Source of the DNA: an uncultured Verrucomicrobiae bacterium
GTDB taxonomy: Bacteria; Verrucomicrobiota; Verrucomicrobiia; Chthoniobacterales; UBA10450
Direction: 5' to 3'
NCBI GenBank assembly: GCA_963772365.1
Contig: CAVYXA010000001.1
Span: forward strand, 960,001-1,024,000
Length of the DNA stretch: 64,000 nt
The position numbers and the translations under genes are program-made. Each line of letters starts with the position of its first letter. The first letter of the stretch is position 1. Shown piece by piece: positions 31,483 through 41,905 of the stretch. A model generated the notes under the pieces. It did no database searches. It was given only the letters and a program-made list of their open reading frames with translations, and was not told the origin of the DNA.

Positions 31483-31785
31483 TTAAGTCAGTGGATGCTC
31501 CGCTCGCCACTGCTCCAGCGCTTCGTCAAATCCTTCCCAATCCGCCGGGTCGCCGTCACCGTATAAGTCTTCCACTCGTTTCGCCGGCTTGACGCCCTGC
31601 CGCCGAGCCAACTCTTCCGCGCTCAAGTTATCCCAAAAACTTCCGTAGCGCGGGTCAGGCGCGATGGTTGTTCCGCCGTTGGAGATCAGTTCCTCGCGCA
31701 ACTTCATAAATTCAGACAAGGGCAGCACGACAAACTCCGGCTTTCCGTTCTTACTCAATATTTCTGGATGCAATTCCATCGTCAT
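31483..31785 (-). CDS. Putative antitoxin (Phd/YefM-like N-terminus, acidic C-terminus)
   Basis: ILSKNGKPEFVVLPLSEF; lies directly upstream of the PIN gene. Confidence 0.7.
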   Translation of the reverse strand: MTMELHPEILSKNGKPEFVVLPLSEFMKLREELISNGGTTIAPDPRYGSFWDNLSAEELARRQGVKPAKRVEDLYGDGDPADWEGFDEALEQWRAEHPLT

Positions 31786-31847
31786 TCACCTCGTTTCTTT
31801 GCTTGCCCGCCGTAGCCCTGGCGAAGGCGGGTCGATCTTATATTCTA

Positions 31848-34007
31848 TCATACTTTCACTTCCACCGTGATACTGGTGTCACAACCGAAGACATCGACCA
31901 CCTTCACACACGCGGTGTATTTTCCCGCCTTCGGGTATTTCTTGAATCCCGCATCGCTGGTCGTCTTCAGGCTCCGATCTTTGCGCGTGCGATAATCCTG
32001 CCAGTGATGTTCAAAGGGTTGGCCATCTTGAAAGTCGAAATCGACCGCCCAAAAATCGATAAAGTCGAAGCCGCTTTTGATTGTGCGCTCGCGTAAAGCT
32101 TCAAGTTCTTTGCTTGGGACTTCAGCCAATGATGGAAGAAACTTCGTTAACTTAATATCCACGCTTCCATCTTTTCGATTGATTGCCTCAGCTTCGAGCA
32201 CGGCAACTTCCAGAAACGGCGGCGGACTTGTGCGATTCTTCTCCATGATCTCGCGCGGAATCGGAATCAATTTCATCTGCACGCCTTCGCTTGCTTCGAC
32301 TTCGTGACAAGTCAGCCGCAAATCCATTTCGAAATCCCACGAAAGGCAGTGCGCTTCTTTCGAACCGGCTTCCCGCGCTGCTTTCGCAACTGCGCGCACT
32401 TCGTCTTGCGTTAGCAAGCTGTCGATTCCATCGACATAAACGAGCGCGCGACCTTTGCGCCCGTGAAGATATTGAGTTGGATTCGGCAATAGTTCGGCCT
32501 TGTAAAAACCGAGCACCACTTTTCGATGCTCGTCATCCGCGCCTTGCAGCCGTTCCTTCTGCCACCATTGGCGCTCGTAACGGCCGAGGTTGTAAACGTC
32601 GAACGCGCGATAAGGCTGGCCTTCGTCATGCAGCTTGCGCTGTAGCTCGATCAAGCGCTTGCGGCTGGTGTGAATGGAGAACCGGCCGAGGTCGCACATA
32701 ATCCAGCGACGTCCCAGCCGCTCGGCCACCGCGCCGGTCGTCCCGCTGCCGCCGAAGAAGTCGGCGACGAGATCGTCTGGGTTGCTGCTGGCTTTGATGA
32801 TGCGTTCGAGAAGAGCTTCGGGTTTTTGAGTCGCGTAACCCATACTTTCCGTAGCCTGTGACTGCAACGTCATCATGTCAGTCCATAAGCTCGGCACTGG
32901 CTTTCCTTCACTCACCTCATCCCAATACGACTTAGTCTGAATGCGTTGTTCTTTGGATTCTGGAAAGTAAAGCCGTCCCATCTTATCCAGTTCCAGCATC
33001 CTTTCTTTGGAAACCTTCCAGCCGTTTTGTGGCGGCTGATAGCCCTTATATTCGTAAATTAGATTCGGTCGCGGGTGAGGACTCGCAAAATTGCCGAGTC
33101 TAAAGCGTCGCCAACCAAGCGGTGCATCCTCACCTTTCTTTAACTTCTTGGTTTCCCCTGTTGGGGATTCCGCATAAACAAAGAAATCTTCAAGGTAGGT
33201 GTCTGATTGGGCCATCTTTGGGTCATTCCACGCGTAAGTTTTCGACTTGCCGTAAAACAGGATCGAGTCGTGAACGATTCCGTAACGACGTGGATCGTTA
33301 TGCGATGCAGTTCTTTGCCAGATGATTTCGTTGAGAAGATTTTCCCTTCCAAAAATATCGTTCATCACAAGACGAATGCTTGCGCTCACTTGCGTTCCGA
33401 CATGCACATAGATGCTTCCCTTTTCACTCAGTAACTCCTTCATCAGGGTGAGCCGCTCATACATCATGTGCAGATAGGAGTCGGTGCCTTTGCCCCACAT
33501 GTCGCGATAAGCAACCATCTCCAAAGTGGATTGATCTTTGCCGACCGTTTCCTTCTCGTCGCCGATCGGCACGTCCATCGTGAAATCCGCGCCGACATCG
33601 AATGGCGGGTCGATGTAGATGAGGTCGATGCGGCCTTTGAACTCGGCTAGCAGGCTGGCCATGACGAGCTTGTTGTCGCCCCAGATGAGCCGGTTGCGGA
33701 AATCGCCGTTCGCGCCATTTCCGCCGATGGACGGATTCGCCGTGGTGAACGTCTTCTTCGGATATTGGCCCGATTCCTCACGAATCTTTGCGCGTGTCTT
33801 TTCGAATAGTTCGATCTGACCTTCCGCTGCCGCGCGACTCCGCGGCTCGTCGATCGTCTCGATCTTCTGCATCGGCATCGCGCATCCCGCGATGTCCACA
33901 ACACGACGATTGCCGTACTCGTCATACTTGCCATCCCAAACCAGTTCCGTCTTAATTTGCGAGAGCGGATGCGGATTTGCTGGGCCGTAAGGCGGTTTCT
34001 CAGTCAT
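31848..34007 (-). CDS. mod: Type III restriction-modification methyltransferase Mod
   Basis: [22 protein letters not shown] and DFFGGSGTT (beta-class order with a central TRD). Confidence 0.92.
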   Translation of the reverse strand: MTEKPPYGPANPHPLSQIKTELVWDGKYDEYGNRRVVDIAGCAMPMQKIETIDEPRSRAAAEGQIELFEKTRAKIREESGQYPKKTFTTANPSIGGNGANGDFRNRLIWGDNKLVMASLLAEFKGRIDLIYIDPPFDVGADFTMDVPIGDEKETVGKDQSTLEMVAYRDMWGKGTDSYLHMMYERLTLMKELLSEKGSIYVHVGTQVSASIRLVMNDIFGRENLLNEIIWQRTASHNDPRRYGIVHDSILFYGKSKTYAWNDPKMAQSDTYLEDFFVYAESPTGETKKLKKGEDAPLGWRRFRLGNFASPHPRPNLIYEYKGYQPPQNGWKVSKERMLELDKMGRLYFPESKEQRIQTKSYWDEVSEGKPVPSLWTDMMTLQSQATESMGYATQKPEALLERIIKASSNPDDLVADFFGGSGTTGAVAERLGRRWIMCDLGRFSIHTSRKRLIELQRKLHDEGQPYRAFDVYNLGRYERQWWQKERLQGADDEHRKVVLGFYKAELLPNPTQYLHGRKGRALVYVDGIDSLLTQDEVRAVAKAAREAGSKEAHCLSWDFEMDLRLTCHEVEASEGVQMKLIPIPREIMEKNRTSPPPFLEVAVLEAEAINRKDGSVDIKLTKFLPSLAEVPSKELEALRERTIKSGFDFIDFWAVDFDFQDGQPFEHHWQDYRTRKDRSLKTTSDAGFKKYPKAGKYTACVKVVDVFGCDTSITVEVKV

Positions 34008-34349
34008 GTTCTGGCATAAAGCTTTGCGGCGGTATTCATCGATGCAACCAACGCGTTGCCTGTCTCCTCGCGTTGATCGCGTTTTACGGCGTCAGTGTTT
34101 CTATCCCAAAAGAACAAGGAACGCAGCATTCTTAGAGAATGAAGGTAGAAGGATAAATTAAGAAAGTGAGACGAGAATTCTTCGGCCGGGGGCATTTGTT
34201 GGGCGAAATCCTACGCAAAAGTTCTGAGATTGGGAGCGGAAAAAGTATCGTTCAACTCCAGTGCATCCGGGCCGGAGTGGTGGTGATTTATTTGCGTGGC
34301 AACGTGGCTGCGTTTGGGAAGCTGTCAGCTTCCCCTTCAGTAGCTACAG

Positions 34350-34549
34350 AAGCTGGACCGATTAATCGACAGCTTGTGATTGGAGCGGCGATTTTTGGAA
34401 TTGGGTGGGGTCGTAGCGGGTTTTGTCCGGGACCGTCGCTGGCGAATCTCGGCGCGCTGTGCGTTGAAGCGCTTGTATTTGTGCCAGCGATGGCGATCGG
34501 AATGTTAGTCGCGCAACGCTTTTTCGGTGCCGATGCCCGATCCGTCTAA
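34350..34549 (+). pseudogene. 3' remnant of a YeeE/YedE-like (DUF6691-type) membrane protein
   Basis: INRQLVIGAAIFGIGWGRSGFCPGPSLANLG is the C-terminal part only; the upstream sequence is unrelated and begins with a palindrome half. Confidence 0.65.
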
Positions 34550-34576
34550 AGCCTCAAAGGCGAATGATACTCTGGC

Positions 34577-37500
34577 TTAGCTCGGTGCGCCAGCGGGCGC
34601 AGTGATCGCAGGCTGGCCCTTGGATTTGAGAGAATCATTCACTGCCGGCAAATCCTTGCTCAGGAATTGATCGAATTCCTTGGCAACGTCATCCAGCTCT
34701 TTTTTCAGCGTGTCGATGTAAGCAACCTGATAATCGCCGGGACGTCCTTCATAACTGAGCAGGGCGCCGTAAAGCTGATCGGTGTGCTCGCGAATACGCT
34801 CTTCGCCTGTGATCGCGCCGCCCTCGGTTGTGGCTACGATCTTCTTGCGAACGTTGTCGATCTTACCCTGAAAATCGGTGAGCGTTTTTCGCAATGGATC
34901 TTTTTGCGGCAAAGCAGCGACTCGTTTTACCAGTTCCGACCGCAAAGCCATGATCCGATCCATCAACGCGCTTTCATCACCGAACAACGCATGGACCCGC
35001 ATCGCCGCTTCATATTGCAGCTTGCGGTCGGCGGCATCGAATTTATCCCGCCGATCCAGACCGACCGTAAGTTTCGTCTCGTAAGTATTTCCCGCTTTCG
35101 TTAATCGCACGGTGTATTCGCCCGGCAACACTCGCGGCCCGCGCGTGCCGGCAAAAGCAATCTGCGCAGCAGGGGGAACACGCGGCGGTTTTTCGTGCAT
35201 GCTCCAAGTGACTCTATTTAGACCCGGCCGTTTGCTTGCCGGAAGATCATCGACAACGCGGCCGCTCGAATCCACCACTTCGATCTTCAACTTCCCGAAT
35301 AGATGCCTGGTGCGCTGATAATAATTAATGACCGCAGCGTCCGGTGGATTGTTGCCAACAAAAACAGCATCACCATTGGCCCAGCCACCTTGTGCTTCAA
35401 TCCGCTGTTGAGTGGGTCGACCTGCGACAAAAGCAATCTCCTTCGACATCAACTCCGGCGTCAGTTCGCGCCATGGAGAGATATCATCAATGATCCAGAT
35501 CCCGCGGCCATGGGTAGCGAGAACCAGGTCATTGTCGCGCGGGTGAATCGCGAGGTCGCGCACGGCGACGGCCGGGAAATGGCTACCCTTGAACTGGGCC
35601 CACTGCTTTCCGCCATCGATTGAAACCCAAAGACCAAATTCCGTTCCGAGGAAGAGCAGGTTCGGTGAAACAAGGTCTTCCTTGATCACATGCGCATAAC
35701 CGCGCACCCCTTTTGAGTCCTGCGGCGTGACCAACGGCGTCCACGTTTTGCCGTAATCGGTGGTGCGAAACACATACGGGGCCATGTCCCCATAAGTATG
35801 CCGATCGAACGCAGCGTAAGCCGTTCCCGCCTCAAAGTTGCTCGCCTGCACCCAGTTCACCCAGGAGTTTTTCGGCAGGCCCGGTACATTGCCAACGACA
35901 TTGGTCCAGGTTTTCCCATCGTCATGAGTGATTTGCAGGTTGCCATCATCGGTTCCGACCCAGATCAATCCTTTTTCCTTGGGCGATTCGCTGATGGAAT
36001 AAATCGTGGTGTGCATTTCCGCCGACGAGTTGTCGATCGTAACTCCGCCCGATTGTTCCTGTTTTTGTTTCTCCGGATCATTGGTGGTCAGGTCCGGCGA
36101 GATGCGGTCCCAGCTCTGGCCGTGGTCACGCGAGCGAAATAGAAATTGTGCTCCGATGTAGATCGTTCCCTTTTCGTTGGGCGACAGCGCAATCGGTGTA
36201 TTCCAGTTGAAGCGCAGCTTCTCATTCAAGCCGGGAGTCGGTTGAATCGTGCGCGAATCATGCGTGTAACGATTAACTCGCCCGATGTTCCCGCCCTGAT
36301 ACTCCGCATAAATGTAATCGGGATCAGCCGGATCGGGGAACATCCAGAAACCGTCGCCATTAAACATGTTTTCCCAGCGCGAGTTTGTTATGCCGCCGGG
36401 ATATTGCGAATCGCCGACCCAGGATGCGTTATCCTGCAAACCGCCATAGACATGATACGGATCCGCATCGTCGAGACTTACGTGATAAAACTGCGAGATG
36501 GGCAGGTTCTCACCTTTCCACCATTTGGTGCCGCCGTTGTAGGAATACCACATGCCGCCATCATCGACGGAAAAAACTGTCTGCGGATTGGTCGGATCGA
36601 TCCAAACATCATGGACGTCGCCATGCGTGCCTTGAAAACCGCCCACTACCGAAAAGCTTTTCCCCCCGTCCTCACTCAAGATCAGCGAGCCATCCGTTTT
36701 AAACACGCGGTCCGGATTTTTAGGATCGACAATCAGATTGGCAAAATAGAAGGGCCGCCAAACCATCCAGTTGCTCTTATCGCGCTTGTCCCAGGTCGCC
36801 CCGCCGTCATTGGAAACAAACAGCGCGCTGTCGGGCGATTCGACAAAGCAATAAACCCGTTTTGCATTCGAAGGCGCGATCGCGACTGCCAAACGTCCAT
36901 ACGGCTTCTTCGGGAAACCTTTGTTTTTGTCCGGGGTAATTTCGGTCCAAGTTTTGCCGCCATCAGACGAACGAAAGAAACCGCTGGCCGACGGTTTATC
37001 GGGTCCGTTGCCGCCTGAACGATAACCCCATCCGGTCCTACGGAAATCCCACATGCAGGCAAAAATGACATCGGCGTTCACCGGATCGAGCGCGATCGAA
37101 CTGCAGCCCGTTGAAAGATTGGCTCCTTTTAGAACAAGATTCCATGTCTTGCCGCCATCCGTTGTCTTATAAAGACCGCGGTCCGGCGAATCGCTCCAGA
37201 GCGGGCCAGGAACGGCTGCAAAAACGATGTCGCTGTTTTTTGGACTAACGATGATCTTCGAGATCCGCTCCGATTTATCCAGACCCATGTGCATCCAAGT
37301 CTCGCCATTATCGGTCGATTTGTAGATCCCATCGCCAATTGAGACGGTGTTTCGGGTCCACGATTCACCCGTGCCGACCCAGACGTTCTTGGAATCTTTC
37401 GGATCGATGGCGACAGCGCCGATGGATTGGACCGGTTGCTCGTCGAAGACGGAGCGATAACGGGTTCCCGCATCCTCCGATTTCCATACGCCGCCGCTGG

Positions 37501-37723
37501 CCGCGCCGATGAAGATGGCGATTTTGCCTGACGGTTCCCGCTTTCCGGCAATCGCCGCGATACGACCACTCATTGCAGCCGATCCAATATTGCGCGCGCC
37601 GAGTCCGGAAATGGTGGCGTAGTTAAATGGAGGTTGCTTCGACTCGGCAGCAAACGCAGCGGAACAGGTTACCGCAAATAAGTGGAAAACGACCAGTGAA
37701 CGCGTTGGTAAAGAAAGTCGCAT
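34577..37723 (-). CDS. Secreted VPS10/BNR (Asp-box) repeat beta-propeller protein (glycosyl hydrolase-like)
   Basis: Signal peptide, repeated S/T-x-D-x-G-x-T-W Asp-boxes, GGLQDN and RFNWNTP. Confidence 0.88.
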   Translation of the reverse strand: MRLSLPTRSLVVFHLFAVTCSAAFAAESKQPPFNYATISGLGARNIGSAAMSGRIAAIAGKREPSGKIAIFIGAASGGVWKSEDAGTRYRSVFDEQPVQSIGAVAIDPKDSKNVWVGTGESWTRNTVSIGDGIYKSTDNGETWMHMGLDKSERISKIIVSPKNSDIVFAAVPGPLWSDSPDRGLYKTTDGGKTWNLVLKGANLSTGCSSIALDPVNADVIFACMWDFRRTGWGYRSGGNGPDKPSASGFFRSSDGGKTWTEITPDKNKGFPKKPYGRLAVAIAPSNAKRVYCFVESPDSALFVSNDGGATWDKRDKSNWMVWRPFYFANLIVDPKNPDRVFKTDGSLILSEDGGKSFSVVGGFQGTHGDVHDVWIDPTNPQTVFSVDDGGMWYSYNGGTKWWKGENLPISQFYHVSLDDADPYHVYGGLQDNASWVGDSQYPGGITNSRWENMFNGDGFWMFPDPADPDYIYAEYQGGNIGRVNRYTHDSRTIQPTPGLNEKLRFNWNTPIALSPNEKGTIYIGAQFLFRSRDHGQSWDRISPDLTTNDPEKQKQEQSGGVTIDNSSAEMHTTIYSISESPKEKGLIWVGTDDGNLQITHDDGKTWTNVVGNVPGLPKNSWVNWVQASNFEAGTAYAAFDRHTYGDMAPYVFRTTDYGKTWTPLVTPQDSKGVRGYAHVIKEDLVSPNLLFLGTEFGLWVSIDGGKQWAQFKGSHFPAVAVRDLAIHPRDNDLVLATHGRGIWIIDDISPWRELTPELMSKEIAFVAGRPTQQRIEAQGGWANGDAVFVGNNPPDAAVINYYQRTRHLFGKLKIEVVDSSGRVVDDLPASKRPGLNRVTWSMHEKPPRVPPAAQIAFAGTRGPRVLPGEYTVRLTKAGNTYETKLTVGLDRRDKFDAADRKLQYEAAMRVHALFGDESALMDRIMALRSELVKRVAALPQKDPLRKTLTDFQGKIDNVRKKIVATTEGGAITGEERIREHTDQLYGALLSYEGRPGDYQVAYIDTLKKELDDVAKEFDQFLSKDLPAVNDSLKSKGQPAITAPAGAPS

Positions 37724-37734
37724 GATGAAATTAT

Positions 37735-38484
37735 TTATTTCGAAACTGGAAAACGGAAGGCGGCATCCTCTACGGGGACATTGGCCTCTGCTTTTTCGAG
37801 AATGACCTTCGCTTTGTCGGGATCGTTTTTGGAACCCGTTTCAATCGAGAACGGGAAATAAACACCGTTAACTTTTTCGTAATCGCCCAAATCCTTTTCT
37901 TCTTCCACCTGGGCGCCGTGCTCTATTCGCTGAGTCAGGACGCGGATTTCCAGGAAGTAATCAGGATCCAGGTAAACATAACTGACGTCTCCATTTTTGC
38001 GCACGACCCGCAGTTTGTGCGCTTGGGTACCATCGACATCTTCTGTCCCCAGATACGTGACGGTGCTGCCTTTGGCTTTCCAATCCACCAATGGACCGCC
38101 GATCTCGGCATCTTCACTCAATTCTTTGGCATCGTCGGCTGACATCCTTTCCGGATCCCTGCGGCCTTGAAATGGCGAGACTCGCCAGGCTTCTTTTCCA
38201 TTGTAAGCCTGAATCTGGGTCATTCCCTGGATGGATGCTTCGATGCGCAGTTCATCGGGACGCTTTTTTGTTTCGACGTAACCAAGTTGAATTTTTCCCT
38301 GATTAACTAGAAGCTTCCCGCTCATTCGAAGCGATTTGATCGCCTGCAGCGCAGTCGCGCCCCCTTTGGCTTCGATATTCTTCGCCACCAGCTCATCTAC
38401 CGTGAATTTCTTTTGCTCCGGCGCAGCTGCGAGGCTCATTGCGGAGACAATAACAACAGCGAGAAAAACTGGTCGCAGATTCAT
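37735..38484 (-). CDS. Conserved exported protein (LolA-like/lipoprotein-sorting-type fold, tentative)
   Basis: Signal peptide; TVDELVAKNIEAKGG, YLGTEDVDGT and DYEKVNGVYFPFSI. Confidence 0.7.
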   Translation of the reverse strand: MNLRPVFLAVVIVSAMSLAAAPEQKKFTVDELVAKNIEAKGGATALQAIKSLRMSGKLLVNQGKIQLGYVETKKRPDELRIEASIQGMTQIQAYNGKEAWRVSPFQGRRDPERMSADDAKELSEDAEIGGPLVDWKAKGSTVTYLGTEDVDGTQAHKLRVVRKNGDVSYVYLDPDYFLEIRVLTQRIEHGAQVEEEKDLGDYEKVNGVYFPFSIETGSKNDPDKAKVILEKAEANVPVEDAAFRFPVSK

Positions 38485-38612
38485 GTTCGGGTGTGCGGTG
38501 ACAGATACCGGCTCTTTAAGGTCTTGCAAACCAATTTGCGCTCACCAAAGATAATCGCGACTGCTGACGACATAAAGGGTCTTCACACTAGAATTAGTCG
38601 CATAAACAGGCT

Positions 38613-38694
38613 TGTCATGTTGAGCGCAGCGAAACATCTCATTCTATTTCTCTGCAGAAATGATCGGAGATTCTTCGCTTCGCTCAGAATGACA
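38613..38694. repeat. REP-like inverted pair (GTCAT..GAGC family)
   Basis: TGTCATGTTGAGCGCAGCGAAACATCTC...GAGATTCTTCGCTTCGCTCAGAATGACA. Confidence 0.85.
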
Positions 38695-38839
38695 TTTATG
38701 AGATACGTCGGTGGATTCTCGCTGCTTTTCTAATCCCGCTCTGAACCCCGGCTCGCGGCATGAATACCGCTTCACAGGTCTCGATCTTGCTCGACACTTC
38801 GAGCAATGTTTTGCTGAATGCGATTCTGAGATTAGACCA

Positions 38840-40666
38840 ATGCCAATGCCAGATTCTGAAAAAGTCCAGGCCGCGTGGGCGGCCGTCACGAAAAAGATTG
38901 AAGGCCAAGCCTCAACCAGCGGCAGAAGAGTTGCGATTAAGAGCGATTCGGCAGAGCTGACCCATTCACAGCTCGAAGCACAAGCAAATCAGCTTGCGCA
39001 TCATCTCCGGACTCTGGGCGCGCAAAAGGAGGTTTTGATCGGAATTTGTCTGGAGCGATCGCCTCGTTTTATTTCTACCGCACTCGCTATTCTAAAATCC
39101 GGTGCGGCATATCTCCCGATCGATCCTCGCGATCCAGCGGAACGATTGAAATTCATTGCCAGGGACGCCGCAGTGAAGTTGATCATTACAGATCGACAGT
39201 TCGCGGAGCTTTTTGAGGGTTCCGGCGCAAAAGTCGTCAGTCTCGATGCGGAGCAGAGCACGGTTGCTCAATGCTCAACGGAAGCACTGGAGACAGATAT
39301 TCGACCGGAGGACCTCGCCTACGTGATTTATACATCCGGTTCAACGGGACAACCCAAGGGCGTTGAAATCACACATCGAAATCTCGCAAACCTGGTCGCG
39401 TGGCATGTCCGGGCCTTTCATGTCGATGTTTCCACGCGAGCTACGTTTCAGGCAGGCGTCGGATTCGATGCGGCTGTCTGGGAAATCTGGCCGCACCTTT
39501 CAGCCGGAGCCACAATTTATTTACCTGGTGAATCGACGCGCATGGACGCCGCAGCCCTGCGCGACTGGCTGGTTTCAAATCAAATCACTCTGAGTTTTGT
39601 GCCAACCGCAATCGCCGAACAGTTGCTGGGATTAACCTGGCCGGAAAAAGCTTCTTTGAAATTCCTACTCACTGGCGCCGATACTCTCCATCGGTTTCCC
39701 CCACCCGATCTCCCATTCGCATTCCTAAACAACTACGGCCCTACCGAGTGCACCGTCGTAACTACATCCGGTATTATCCCGCCCTGTTCCAAACCTGATG
39801 GTCTGCCATCCATCGGAGCGCCTATTGAGAATGTTCACGTCAGGATCGTGGACAAGCAATTGCGTGAAGTTCCTGATGGAGATTCCGGCGAAATCTGGAT
39901 CGGCGGCGCAGGCGTTGGGCGCGGGTACCGCAACCGGCCCGAGTTAATGGCAGAAAAGTTTATTGATAACAGCGGCTCGCGATTTTACCGGACCGGCGAT
40001 CTCGGGCGGCGCCTGCCGAATGGGGAGATTGCATTTCTGGGACGCGTTGACGATCAGGTAAAAATTCGCGGGTACCGAGTTGAGCTCGGCGAGATCAATG
40101 CCGTTCTCAATGAACATCCGACTGTTCGCGCGAGCGTTGTAATTCCTCGCGAAGATGTTCCGGGAGAGAAACGCCTCGTCGCCTATGTCGTCTCGGCCAG
40201 CTGTGGAGGGCGCGATCAGCAATGTTTGCGCGAGTGGATTCGAGAACGATTGCCCGATTACATGGAGCCTGCGGCGTTTGTTTGGATGGAGTCGCTGCCA
40301 CTAACTTCAAATGGTAAAATCGATCGCGCGGCATTACCGGTTCCGCAGCTCGATGCAAATGAGAACGAAAGGGAATTCGTCGCGGCCCGGAATCCGATTG
40401 AAGAAGCGCTGGTAGAAATTATCGGCGACGTGTTAAAGGTTCCACGTGTCAGTGTGCACGACGATTTCTTCCAGCTTGGGGCACATTCTCTTCTCGGCGC
40501 CCAAATCGTCGCTCACGTCCGTAATGTTTTCGGCGCGGAGCTAAAGCTGTTGGATGTGTTTGATGCACCGACGGTTGCCCAGCTTTCGGTGCGGGTGGAA
40601 CGCGCATTGACAAATCAGACGAACGGAAACAGTGAAACGCAGCCGGCCCATGCCGCGCTGAATTGA
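38840..40666 (+). CDS. NRPS A-T didomain (Leu-type code); start could be as early as 38711
   Basis: YVIYTSGSTGQPKG, YGPTE, YRTGD and NGKIDR; T-domain FFQLGAHSL. Confidence 0.92.
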   Translation: MPMPDSEKVQAAWAAVTKKIEGQASTSGRRVAIKSDSAELTHSQLEAQANQLAHHLRTLGAQKEVLIGICLERSPRFISTALAILKSGAAYLPIDPRDPAERLKFIARDAAVKLIITDRQFAELFEGSGAKVVSLDAEQSTVAQCSTEALETDIRPEDLAYVIYTSGSTGQPKGVEITHRNLANLVAWHVRAFHVDVSTRATFQAGVGFDAAVWEIWPHLSAGATIYLPGESTRMDAAALRDWLVSNQITLSFVPTAIAEQLLGLTWPEKASLKFLLTGADTLHRFPPPDLPFAFLNNYGPTECTVVTTSGIIPPCSKPDGLPSIGAPIENVHVRIVDKQLREVPDGDSGEIWIGGAGVGRGYRNRPELMAEKFIDNSGSRFYRTGDLGRRLPNGEIAFLGRVDDQVKIRGYRVELGEINAVLNEHPTVRASVVIPREDVPGEKRLVAYVVSASCGGRDQQCLREWIRERLPDYMEPAAFVWMESLPLTSNGKIDRAALPVPQLDANENEREFVAARNPIEEALVEIIGDVLKVPRVSVHDDFFQLGAHSLLGAQIVAHVRNVFGAELKLLDVFDAPTVAQLSVRVERALTNQTNGNSETQPAHAALN

Positions 40667-40681
40667 AACTGGCAGAGCGTA

Positions 40682-41905
40682 ATGGTCACATCAGATGCGA
40701 GCCTGAGTCTCGTTCGATTGCTAGAACAGGAGGTCCTGGCGGACCCTTATCCGCTGTATCGCAGATTGCGTTCGGAAGATCCGGTGCATTGGGACCGTTT
40801 CCTCCAAACCTGGGTCGTCACTCGCTACACCGACGTCATAAACGTCCTGGGCTCTTTTTCCGCCGACCGGACACCAACGCCGGAGCAGCTGTCAACAATG
40901 GGTCTTTCGGCGTTAAACCCAATCGCGAAAGTAATGGTAAAACAGATGTTATTTATGGATGCGCCGGCGCATACTCGATTGCGCGGCCTGGCATCGGCTG
41001 CCTTTACTCCCCAGCGAGTCGCGGCATTGCGTTCACATATTCAAGAGATTGCCGATAATTTGCTCGACAGCGTCCAGGCGCGCGGGCACATGGATGTGAT
41101 TGCCGATTTTGCCGCGCCATTGCCGGCAATTGTCACGGCGGAAATGCTCGGGGTTCCGACCGAAGATCATGTCGATCTTAAAAAGTGGTCGGCTGATTTC
41201 GCCGAAATGCTCGGCAATTTTCAACACAATCCCGATCGCGTCTCGCGCGTCCTGGTAAGCACCAACAGTCTGGTCAATTATTTCCAAAACGCGATCCGCA
41301 AAATGCGAGATCATCCGCAGGAAGGTCTAATCTACTCGTTCATGACCGCGGAAATTAACGGTGACCGCTTAACCGAGGAGGAGATTGTGGCCAATTGCAT
41401 CGTGACAATGGTCGGTGGCCAGGAAACAACAACAAACCTGATTGGCAATGGACTGCTCACGCTACTTCGCAATCGCGAGCAGCTCGAGCAGCTCCGAGAC
41501 ACGCCGCAGTTACTTCAATCCGGTCTGGAAGAGTTGCTGCGTTACGAGAGTCCAAGCCAGCACACCGGTCGCATCGCACGTCAGGATGTCGAGCTCGGTG
41601 GAAAAACGATCCGCAAAGGACAGGCAGTGATGGCGATCATGGCTGCCGCGAATCGCGATCCGGAGCGATTTCCCGAACCGGATCGTCTCATTCTCGACCG
41701 CTCCGACAACAAACATGTGGCGTTTGGCTGGTCGAGTCACTTTTGTTTCGGCGCACCGCTGGCCCGTATCGAAGGACAAATTTCATTTGCAACCATTTTG
41801 CGACGCCTGAAAAATCTGGCGCTCGCGCCCGGACCATTGATCTGGCGGGAGAATTCTGGTCTTCGCGGCCTCACAGCATTGCCGATCACGTTTTCAAAAA
41901 ACTAG
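40682..41905 (+). CDS. Cytochrome P450
   Basis: GGQETT, ELLRYESP and heme motif FGWSSHFCFG. Confidence 0.95.
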   Translation: MVTSDASLSLVRLLEQEVLADPYPLYRRLRSEDPVHWDRFLQTWVVTRYTDVINVLGSFSADRTPTPEQLSTMGLSALNPIAKVMVKQMLFMDAPAHTRLRGLASAAFTPQRVAALRSHIQEIADNLLDSVQARGHMDVIADFAAPLPAIVTAEMLGVPTEDHVDLKKWSADFAEMLGNFQHNPDRVSRVLVSTNSLVNYFQNAIRKMRDHPQEGLIYSFMTAEINGDRLTEEEIVANCIVTMVGGQETTTNLIGNGLLTLLRNREQLEQLRDTPQLLQSGLEELLRYESPSQHTGRIARQDVELGGKTIRKGQAVMAIMAAANRDPERFPEPDRLILDRSDNKHVAFGWSSHFCFGAPLARIEGQISFATILRRLKNLALAPGPLIWRENSGLRGLTALPITFSKN

